Positions 8,820 through 15,536 are shown, counted from the first letter of the stretch. The stretch: DNA of 21,900 nt from Planctomycetota bacterium (GCA_038213805.1 JBBQSO010000085.1:1-21900); one strand, 5' to 3'. Numbers and translations: made by a program. The notes: generated by a model from the sequence alone, not told the origin.

Positions 8820-9747
8820 GGGCGCCTTCCAGTCCCGCCGCGATGACCTGGTCGAGCAGCGGCGGCGCGATCGCGAGGGCCGCGGCCAGGGCGCAGGCCG
8901 CGCGTGCGCCGGCCACGTCGTGGACGCGCAGCAGGGCGCAGTGGGGGGCGAGCAAGGCGTGCAGGACGTGGCTGGGCGCATCGCGCCCGGCCGCATCCGG
9001 GAAGGCGCCCGTCAGCCCAGCGATGAACGCCTTGCGGCTGACCCCGACCACCAGCGGGCGGCCGAGCTCGGCGGTCAGGCGCGGCAGGGCGCGCAGCAGA
9101 GCGAGATTATGGTCCACGCTCTTGCCGAATCCGATGCCCGGGTCGATCAGGATGGCTTCTTCGCGCACGCCGGCGGCGGTGGCGGCGCGCAGGCGACCGG
9201 CGAGGAAGGCGATGACCTCGTCCACCACGTCGTCATAGCGTGGCGCGCGCTGCATGGTCTGCGGCGAGCCCTGCATATGCATCAGTACCAGCGGGCAGCC
9301 GTGGTCGGCTACCACCGCGAACATCCCCGGGTCGGCCCCGGCACTGATGTCGTTGACCATGGCCGCGCCAGCGGCGAGGGCAGCGCGCGCCACCGCCGCC
9401 TTCGCGGTGTCGATGCTCAGCGGTACGTCCGGCAGGCGCGCGGTCAGGCCGGCGACCACCGGCAGCACCCGACGCAGTTCCTCGGCCGCGTCGACCCCGG
9501 TGGCACCCGGCCGTGAACTCTCGCCGCCGATGTCCAGCCAGGCAGCGCCCGCGGCGGCCATGGCAACGCCCGCGACGAGCGCATCCGCGCTGGCGAGGCT
9601 GGTCCCGCCGTCCGAGAAGCTGTCCGGGGTGACGTTGAGGATGCCCATCAGGGCGGCGGGTCGGGCTACCGCGAGACGCGGCTGGGCGCGCAGCATCCAG
9701 CTGCGCGGCGCGCACCTGTCCGATTGCGGATCGGCTGCCGGCATCAT
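8812..9747 (-). CDS. folP: Dihydropteroate synthase
   Basis: MGILNVTPDSFSDGG, DIGGESSRPGA, SIDT, NDIS, LMHMQG, DPGIGFGK, GVSRK, RVHDV. The start is most likely the ATG at 9747 or 9744 rather than 9894. Confidence 0.95.
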   Translation of the reverse strand: MMPAADPQSDRCAPRSWMLRAQPRLAVARPAALMGILNVTPDSFSDGGTSLASADALVAGVAMAAAGAAWLDIGGESSRPGATGVDAAEELRRVLPVVAGLTARLPDVPLSIDTAKAAVARAALAAGAAMVNDISAGADPGMFAVVADHGCPLVLMHMQGSPQTMQRAPRYDDVVDEVIAFLAGRLRAATAAGVREEAILIDPGIGFGKSVDHNLALLRALPRLTAELGRPLVVGVSRKAFIAGLTGAFPDAAGRDAPSHVLHALLAPHCALLRVHDVAGARAACALAAALAIAPPLLDQVIAAGLEGAHA

Positions 9748-9754
9748 GTGGGCG

Positions 9755-9782
9755 ATGATCGCCGCACCAGCGCCGCAGGCAA
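9755..9782 (-). promoter_or_regulatory. Possible sigma70-type promoter for a leaderless folP transcript
   Basis: Minus strand TTGCCT-16 nt-GATCAT, with the ATG 7 nt after the -10-like hexamer and no SD in between. Confidence 0.3.
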
Positions 9783-9877
9783 GGATCGTATCGGCGGCGC
9801 CGAAGACCCCGGACTCTGTGAGTGACGGGCGGTTACCGCGGTACTGCGCCGCGATGCACTCGGCACCGCTTGGATAG

Positions 9878-10034
9878 AACCGCCAAGGCGCCAAGACACC
9901 AAGGTTGGAGACGCAGGAAGATGGTGCGTCGGCTCAACAACCGCGCGCCCTGCGGCCGGAAGTAGACAGCGATGCTCTCCACAGACCGGCCATCACGCCT
10001 TCCTTGGCGTTCTCCCCTTGGCGCCTTGGCGGTT
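9878..10034. repeat. 157-bp element bounded by 18-bp perfect inverted repeats built from 8-mer units
   Basis: AACCGCCAAGGCGCCAAG (9878-9895) and CTTGGCGCCTTGGCGGTT (10017-10034). Each arm has an extra unit (ACACCAAGG 9896-9904; CCTTGGCGT 10002-10010). Confidence 0.85.
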
Positions 10035-10044
10035 GGCATCCCCT

Positions 10045-10671
10045 TCAATAGCGCGCCTGCTGCCAGCACAGCGAGCCGCCGTCGCCAGTCTCGTCGACGA
10101 AGACGTAGACCACACCGCCGTCGCCGAGCTTGAAGTCGACGAGGTCGCCAGTGATGCGGTGGTGGAAGCGCTGCGGGCGACCGACCAGCTTCTCAACGTC
10201 GAGCGGCGCGTTGGCCCACAACGGGTAGCCGCCGACCTTGCTGCAGTCGCAGCCCAGCTCGTCGACGAGGTCGACCCAGGCATCAGAGGCCGCGATGTCG
10301 AGACCGGTGGGATCGACATCGAGATCGACGGGCTCGTCGATCTCGTCGCCGAGCATGACCTTCAGACCCTTCCAGTCGCCGGGGCACACGCCGTTGATCG
10401 CCGACAGCCCGAGCCCGAGTTTGGGGACGATGACCACCGCGTTGTCGCCCTTGTGCGGCAGATAGTCGAAGGACTCGCTGGGATCGGAGCGGTCCATGAA
10501 GGCCAGCACCATGCGGTCCGCATCCGCTGCGAGCGGGAAGGCCGACACCAAAGCCATGGTTTTTCCCGTACGTTTGCCGCGTGGATGCGGGAAGCCCATC
10601 TTGACGTGGCCTCCGATCTGGCCGATGGCCAGCGAGGGGTTCGGCGCGCGGATGATTGGACGGCTCTGCAT
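10045..10671 (-). CDS. YwqG/DUF1963-like protein of unknown function
   Basis: Start MQSRP at 10671 with a GAGG SD. Paired GG motifs (GQIGG; SKVGGYPLW), FKLGDGGVVYVF and a terminal WQ resemble YwqG/DUF1963. GC3-rich codon usage. Confidence 0.65.
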   Translation of the reverse strand: MQSRPIIRAPNPSLAIGQIGGHVKMGFPHPRGKRTGKTMALVSAFPLAADADRMVLAFMDRSDPSESFDYLPHKGDNAVVIVPKLGLGLSAINGVCPGDWKGLKVMLGDEIDEPVDLDVDPTGLDIAASDAWVDLVDELGCDCSKVGGYPLWANAPLDVEKLVGRPQRFHHRITGDLVDFKLGDGGVVYVFVDETGDGGSLCWQQARY

Positions 10672-10988
10672 GGAAGACCTCTTCGGTGAGCCGGCGCAGT
10701 GTAGGACGCCGGGCCGCTCTGCAATTGCGCGGATCGGCGTCGAGCAGCAGCACGCGCAGCGCGGCGCGAAGGGCCGGAATGCTGTGCGAGGCGACGCGCG
10801 CGCGCTGCGCACGGCGTCGCACGCACGCGACGCTGCACATCGCGCGGTCAGCGCGCGCGCTGCGCGCGAATCCGGACGTGCAGCGAAACACCTGGTGCAC
10901 ACCGTGTGTTTCGCCTTGTCTCGGACGATCGATCAGCGCGGCGTGCGGCACGGATGCGGTGTTTCGCGGCGCGATGAGCAGAAAGAAT

Positions 10989-11017
10989 TTGCGAGTTGAT
11001 GATTCATAGCGTATGGT
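10989..11017 (+). promoter_or_regulatory. Putative sigma70 promoter of the small basic-protein gene
   Basis: TTGCGA (10989-10994), 17-nt spacer, TATGGT (11012-11017), in an AT-rich patch within very GC-rich DNA. Confidence 0.55.
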
Positions 11018-11050
11018 TCTCAAAGATCCTTTCCCATAGGAGGACAAGCA

Positions 11051-11182
11051 ATGCCCGCAGCCCGCAAAGCCGCGAAAGTCAAACCCGCCAAGAAGGCCGT
11101 CAAGAAGACGGTCAAGAAGGCCAAGGTAGCGAAGGCCAAGAAGCCCGCTGCCAAGAAGAAGGTCGCCAAGAAGAAGAAGTGA
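11051..11182 (+). CDS. 43-aa Lys/Ala-rich histone H1-like basic protein (not in the ORF track)
   Basis: AGGAGG SD (11038-11043) 7 nt before ATG. Translation MPAARKAAKVKPAKKAVKKTVKKAKVAKAKKPAAKKKVAKKKK*: 20 Lys + 1 Arg, no acidic residues, strong AAG/GCC codon bias. A hairpin follows. Confidence 0.88.
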   Translation: MPAARKAAKVKPAKKAVKKTVKKAKVAKAKKPAAKKKVAKKKK

Positions 11183-11189
11183 CCAGTCA

Positions 11190-11219
11190 CCCGGTCCGTC
11201 GCTTCCGCGACGGACCGGG
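11190..11219 (+). terminator. Hairpin immediately after the basic-protein gene
   Basis: 13-bp perfect stem CCCGGTCCGTCGC-TTCC-GCGACGGACCGGG, 7 nt after TGA. No adjacent U-tract. Confidence 0.6.
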
Positions 11220-11244
11220 ATGCAGGTCAGACTTCTTCTGAATC

Positions 11245-11278
11245 GAGTGGCGACCGCGCCTCGGCGCGGTCGCCACTC
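11245..11278. repeat. Perfect 16-bp inverted repeat (hairpin, possibly REP-like)
   Basis: GAGTGGCGACCGCGCC-TC-GGCGCGGTCGCCACTC. A degenerate look-alike lies at 6151-6179. Confidence 0.7.
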
Positions 11279-11453
11279 CATCACCGCGACGGTCACGGAT
11301 GACCGTCTGAGGGATCCTCTCCCTCCAGGCCCGCCTGCTCCCCTCCGCGACTCCGGTCGTGGCAGATGGACAGGCGGTCCCTGCTTGTTGGCACCGGCAG
11401 CCATTGCCGCGTGCATCGCGGCGATGCCGACTACCGTCACGCGCGCAATCACC

Positions 11454-11572
11454 ATTCCGGATCTCGTCCGCCTACAGCCCCACGGCCATGGTTGACGGGG
11501 CGGGGCGGCAGGGGAAACCCCACCGCCTCCCATGACGTCGCTTCCTGGCAGGCAGCGACCGAGGACAGGAAT
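11454..11572 (+). ncRNA. Moco (molybdenum/tungsten cofactor) riboswitch, apparently lacking P3
   Basis: P1 ATTCC (11454-58)/GGAAT (11568-72, covering the SD-like AGGA). P2 TCTCGTC/GACGGGG encloses a receptor-like CCTAC...CATGG. P4 GGGGCGG/CCGCCTC carries a GGG-GAAA-CCC tetraloop hairpin. The conserved GCCTCCC is present. Directly upstream of moaA. Confidence 0.85.
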
Positions 11573-11577
11573 CCGCC

Positions 11578-12498
11578 ATGTACCTGCGCGTGTCCGTAAC
11601 GGACCGATGCAACTTACGTTGCGTCTATTGCTTACCGGACGATGTCCGCTTCGCACCCACCTCCGTCGGCGACGACGAGCTGAGGACCCTGACCGATCTG
11701 ACCATCTCCACGGCTCGGGTGCGCAAGGTGCGCATCACCGGTGGGGAACCCACGCTGTGCGCCGACCTGGTCGCGCATATACGCCACGCCCGTGCGCGCG
11801 TGCCCGTGGTCGGCATGACCACCAACGGCGTGCTCCTCGAACCGCTCCTGCCCGCACTGCAGGAGGCCGGGCTCACCCGTCTGAACATCTCCCTCGACGC
11901 CCTCGATGCCGTCGGCTTCCGCCGCAACGCGCGCCGCGACGGCCTGCCGCGCGTGCTCGCCGCGATCCGCGCCGCGCGCCGCCTCGGCTTCGCGCCGCTC
12001 AAGATCAACGCCGTGGCCATGCAGGACACCGCGTATGCGGACCTGGTGCGCTTCGCCGCGTGGGAGGGCGTGCACCTGCGCTTCATCGAGCTGATGGCGA
12101 TCGGCGAGGCACGCCCCTTCCAGGCCGCGCAGTACGTCGACGCCGCCTCGATGCGCGAGCGCATCTTCGCCGCCGGCATCTCGTTGCGCGAGCGCAGCGA
12201 CCGCGACGAGCCGACCGCGCGCGTGTGGGCGATCGACGGCCATGACGTCGCGGAGTGCAGCGTCGGCTTCATCACCACGACCAGCGCGCCGTTCTGCGCG
12301 ACCTGCGACCGCCTGCGCCTGAGCAGCCGCGGTCGCCTGCACACCTGCCTGATGGACGACGCCGGACACGACCTGCTGACTGATCTGCGCCGCGGCGACC
12401 TCGACGCCGTCTGCGCCACCATCCGCACCGCCGTCGCCGGCAAGCGCCCGCCCGCGGCCTTCGTGCGCCAGGGGAACATGGCGGAAATCGGGGGATGA
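11578..12498 (+). CDS. moaA: GTP 3',8-cyclase (radical SAM)
   Basis: YLRVSVTDRCNLRCVYC, RITGGEP, TTNG, NISLD, RFIELM, FCATCDRLRL...C, C-terminal IGG. Confidence 0.96.
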   Translation: MYLRVSVTDRCNLRCVYCLPDDVRFAPTSVGDDELRTLTDLTISTARVRKVRITGGEPTLCADLVAHIRHARARVPVVGMTTNGVLLEPLLPALQEAGLTRLNISLDALDAVGFRRNARRDGLPRVLAAIRAARRLGFAPLKINAVAMQDTAYADLVRFAAWEGVHLRFIELMAIGEARPFQAAQYVDAASMRERIFAAGISLRERSDRDEPTARVWAIDGHDVAECSVGFITTTSAPFCATCDRLRLSSRGRLHTCLMDDAGHDLLTDLRRGDLDAVCATIRTAVAGKRPPAAFVRQGNMAEIGG

Positions 12499-12502
12499 GC
12501 TG

Positions 12503-12751
12503 ATGCCCATCGCCACCGTCCTTTACTTCGCCCAGGTGCGCGACCGGCTCGGCTGCGAGCAGGAGCGGCTTGAACTGCCGGCCACCACCACGGTGGCGGA
12601 GATCCTCGCCACGCTCGGCGCGCGGTACCCGCAGTGTGCCGCCGCATTCGCCACCTGCCGCATCGCGGTCGACTGCCGCTTCGCCGCCGGCGCGGTGGCG
12701 CTGGACGATGAGTCCGAGATCGCCGTCATCCCGCCGGTCAGCGGCGGCTGA
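12503..12751 (+). CDS. moaD: Molybdopterin synthase sulfur-carrier subunit
   Basis: 82 aa; VLYFAQVRD at the N-terminus; IAVIPPVSGG di-Gly C-terminus. Confidence 0.95.
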   Translation: MPIATVLYFAQVRDRLGCEQERLELPATTTVAEILATLGARYPQCAAAFATCRIAVDCRFAAGAVALDDESEIAVIPPVSGG

Positions 12752-12752
12752 G

Positions 12753-13193
12753 ATGGACGCCGCCGCCCCGCTGCGCTCCTGGGCGATCATCGACGGACCA
12801 CTGCCGCCGGAGCGCTGCGCCCCCCTCGCCCTCGCCCGCAACGACCAGGGGGCGATCGCCTCGTTCCTGGGCGTGGTCCGCGACCACCACCACGGCCGCG
12901 GCGTGACGCACCTGGTCTACGAGTGCTACCGGACCATGGCGGAACGACTGCTCGGCGAACTGGTCGCCGAGGCTGCGGAGCGCTTCGACGCGCAGCTCCA
13001 CACCCAGGTCGCGCATGGCACCGGGTTGCTGCTGCCCGGCCAAGTCTCGGTCGCCATCCACGTCGGCGCCGCGCACCGCGTCGCCGCCTTCGCCGCCTGT
13101 CGCCACCTCATCGAGCGCATCAAAGAGGACCTGCCCGTGTGGAAGCACGAACACTACGCCGACGGCGGCAGCGCGTGGCTGAAGGGGTCGTGA
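12753..13193 (+). CDS. moaE: Molybdopterin synthase catalytic subunit
   Basis: ATG at 12753, 1 nt after the moaD stop; GAIASFLGVVRD, LVYECY..MA, AHR..AF, IKEDLPVWKHE. Confidence 0.95.
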   Translation: MDAAAPLRSWAIIDGPLPPERCAPLALARNDQGAIASFLGVVRDHHHGRGVTHLVYECYRTMAERLLGELVAEAAERFDAQLHTQVAHGTGLLLPGQVSVAIHVGAAHRVAAFAACRHLIERIKEDLPVWKHEHYADGGSAWLKGS

Positions 13194-13353
13194 TGGTGCG
13201 GCTGCGGCGCCCCTCCTGAATGGGCGCGACGACTCACCTGGAATTGGACGGCTGGCTGCGGACCTCGCCCGGGCCTCGACCTGCGCACGACAGCCGACAA
13301 TATCCGCCGGCACCTTGTAGCAACCGCACCACCTCCCAGCCGGATGCCCAGCC

Positions 13354-13839
13354 ATGAGCGACCTCACCCACCTCGATGCCCAGGGCGACGCGCGCATGGT
13401 CGACGTCGCCGCCAAGGCGGTGACGGCGCGCAGCGCCAGCGCGCGCGCCGTGGTGGTGCTGCCCGAGCCGGCGCGCGCGGCGCTCGCCGCCGGCGGGGAT
13501 ACGCGCAAGGGCAACGTCCTGCAGGTCGCGCGCCTGGCCGGGATCATGGCGGCCAAGCGCACCGCCGACCTCATCCCGCTCTGCCACCCGCTGCCGCTCG
13601 ACGGTGTCGACGTGGTTTTCGCCCTGGCCGGCGACCGCCTGACCATCACCGCCAGCGCGCGCTGCACCGCGCGCACCGGCGTCGAGATGGAGGCCCTGAC
13701 CGCCGCCAGCGTCGCCGCCCTGACGGTGTACGACATGCTCAAGGCGCTGAGCCACGACCTGCTCATCACCGGCATCGAGCTGGTCGACAAGCACGGCGGG
13801 CGCAGCGGGACGATCGACCGCAGCGGGCGGTTGAGCTGA
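13354..13839 (+). CDS. moaC: Cyclic pyranopterin monophosphate synthase
   Basis: LTHLD..G.ARMVDV, KGNVL, AGIMAAK, LIPLCHP, TGVEMEALT, YDMLKA, KHGGRSG. Confidence 0.96.
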   Translation: MSDLTHLDAQGDARMVDVAAKAVTARSASARAVVVLPEPARAALAAGGDTRKGNVLQVARLAGIMAAKRTADLIPLCHPLPLDGVDVVFALAGDRLTITASARCTARTGVEMEALTAASVAALTVYDMLKALSHDLLITGIELVDKHGGRSGTIDRSGRLS

Positions 13840-13844
13840 AGACC

Positions 13845-15050
13845 ATGCCCACCATCTCCTACGCCGAGGCGCTCGCGGCCATCGCGGCGCTGCCCATCAC
13901 CGCCGCCACGGAGCGCGTCGCGCTTGCCGCAGCCGCTGGCCGCGTCGCGGGCGAAGAGGTGCGCCTCGCCGGCGACCAGCCGCCCTTCGACCGCGCGACC
14001 ATGGACGGCTTCGCGGCGGTGCTGGCGCCGGGGACGACCAGCTATCGCGTGGTCGGCACGGTGCACGCCGGCGAGACCTTCGCGGGCGCGCTCGCGCCGG
14101 GCGAGGCGGTGCGCATCATGACCGGTGCGCCGGCGCCTGCGGGTACCACGGTGATCCCCTACGAGGCGACTGACCGCGGAACCGCGCAGGTCGCGGTCAC
14201 CGACGCCAAGGCACTGGCACCGCGGCGCAACATCGCCTGGCGGGGCGAGGATGGGCGGGCGGGCGCGCTGGTAATCGCCCCGGGGACGCGGCTGGCGCCG
14301 GCGTTGCTGGCGCTGGCGGCGATGGCCGGAGTGACTGCGATCTCGGTCGCGCGCCCACCACGGGTGGCGATCGTCACCACCGGCGACGAGGTCGGTGGCG
14401 GCGGGTCCGCAGGCATCCTCGACAGCAATGGTCCCTTCTTGAGCGGGTTCTGCGCGGCGCTCGGGCTGGAGTGCACCCGCACCCATGCTGAGGACGATGC
14501 CGACGCGCTGCGCCGGGTGCTTACCGAGCATGGCGCGGACATCGTCGTCACCACCGGCGGGGTCAGCGCCGGCGACCGCGATCTGGTGCCGCGCATCGCC
14601 GCCGAGCTGGGCTTCGCCACGGTCTTCCATCAGGTCGCCATGCAGCCCGGCAAGCCGGTGCTGCTCGCACGTCGCGGCGAGCGCTTCCTGGTCGGCCTGC
14701 CCGGCAACCCGGTGAGCGTGCTCGCCACTGCGCACCTGGTGCTGCTGCCGCTGCTGCAACGCCTGCTGGGGCGCGGGGCGTCGCCATGGCTGGAGCTGCC
14801 GCTGGCGGTGCCGTGGCAGCACCGTGGTGCGCGGCAGCTTTTCCTGCCGGCGCGCGTCGTGGCGGGCGGGATCTCACCGGTGCGCTGGAATGGGAGCGGG
14901 GATCTGATTGCGGCGGCGGCGGCGGATGGATTGGTCGATCTCGCGCCGCGGAGCGAGCATGCGGCGGGGGCGGTGGTGCGGTTTCTACCGTATGTGGGGC
15001 ATACGATGGGGGAGCGTGGGGTGATGCCGGAGCGGGTGGGGCGGGGGTGA
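13845..15050 (+). CDS. moeA: Molybdopterin molybdotransferase MoeA (gephyrin-like)
   Basis: ATG at 13845, after the moaC stop; PPFDRATMDGFA, RIMTGAP, TTGDE, DSNG, TTGGVSAGDRD, MQPGKP, GLPGNPVS. Confidence 0.95.
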   Translation: MPTISYAEALAAIAALPITAATERVALAAAAGRVAGEEVRLAGDQPPFDRATMDGFAAVLAPGTTSYRVVGTVHAGETFAGALAPGEAVRIMTGAPAPAGTTVIPYEATDRGTAQVAVTDAKALAPRRNIAWRGEDGRAGALVIAPGTRLAPALLALAAMAGVTAISVARPPRVAIVTTGDEVGGGGSAGILDSNGPFLSGFCAALGLECTRTHAEDDADALRRVLTEHGADIVVTTGGVSAGDRDLVPRIAAELGFATVFHQVAMQPGKPVLLARRGERFLVGLPGNPVSVLATAHLVLLPLLQRLLGRGASPWLELPLAVPWQHRGARQLFLPARVVAGGISPVRWNGSGDLIAAAAADGLVDLAPRSEHAAGAVVRFLPYVGHTMGERGVMPERVGRG

Positions 15051-15089
15051 GCGGGCGCAAACGGGCACGTGTCACGCAACCCCAGCAAC

Positions 15090-15477
15090 GAGCCCACGGA
15101 GTGGGCGGAAGAATTTAGCCCAGGGCGTGAGCCCTACCCATTACCCACACGTCAGTCGGATCGCAGGCATTCAGAGCCCGCGGAGCGGGCGACACTTCGT
15201 AGCCCAGGGCCTCAGCCCTGGGTCGCGCGAAGTGTCTGCGGTCCAGCCCACGGAGTGGGCGACACAGCAGGCTCAACGGAATTGCACGACCATTGGGACC
15301 CGATCTGGGGATGCCTGTCGATGATCACAGCGCGAAAACTCCAGCAATGACGGTATGCATCGCGCGCGACGTGGCAGGACCTGTGCCGCCCGCTCCGCGG
15401 GCTCCGATCCTCCTCTCTAACCGAGGTTCCCAGGGCTGACGCCCTGGGCTACGATGTGTCGCCCGCTCCGCGGGCTC
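15090..15477. repeat. REP/REPIN-like cluster of short palindromes arranged as a large inverted repeat
   Basis: Unit A, GAGCCC(A/G)CGGAG(T/C)GGGCG, occurs 5 times (15090, 15174, 15245 forward; 15383-15404 and 15456-15477 reverse). Unit B, GTAGCCCAGGGC...GCCCTGGG, occurs 3 times (15116 partial, 15199-15222, reverse 15429-15452). 15174-15222 matches the reverse complement of 15429-15477 at 47/49 nt. Confidence 0.88.
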
Positions 15478-15536
15478 ATGCGCAGGGTCGCAACGGGCAC
15501 TTTGGACTCGATTGTCCCGCAGCCCGGAACCAGATC

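Noticed and set aside
8812..9747. sul-type sulfonamide-resistance gene
   Set aside because: It has the FolP-type DPGIGFGK loop without the Sul insertion and sits in a housekeeping operon with no mobile context.
10283..11656. 457-aa minus-strand ORF with a Leu-rich 'membrane' patch
   Set aside because: The Leu run is the reverse complement of the AAG codons of the basic peptide, and the ORF also overlaps the riboswitch and the YwqG-like gene.
13194..13353. Second Moco riboswitch or internal promoter in the moaE-moaC gap
   Set aside because: Only a CACCTCCC fragment and a 6-bp hairpin are present, with no GAAA-capped P4 or receptor. The GACAAT hexamer lacks a well-spaced -35.
13344..13844. 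Apparent N-terminal extension or fusion on MoeA (568-aa ORF)
   Set aside because: The extension is an alternative frame over moaC. MoeA homology starts at ATG 13845, just after the moaC stop.
12738..14822. 694-aa minus-strand ORF
   Set aside because: Antisense to moaE/moaC/moeA, with Arg/Gly-rich shadow composition.
15069..15350. 93-aa ORF as a transposase remnant
   Set aside because: It is a translation of the palindromic repeats, with no HUH/Tyr motif and no host-like codon bias.
15090..15477. CRISPR array
   Set aside because: The repeats are of two types, in both orientations and irregularly spaced, and there are no cas genes in the window. REP-like elements fit better.
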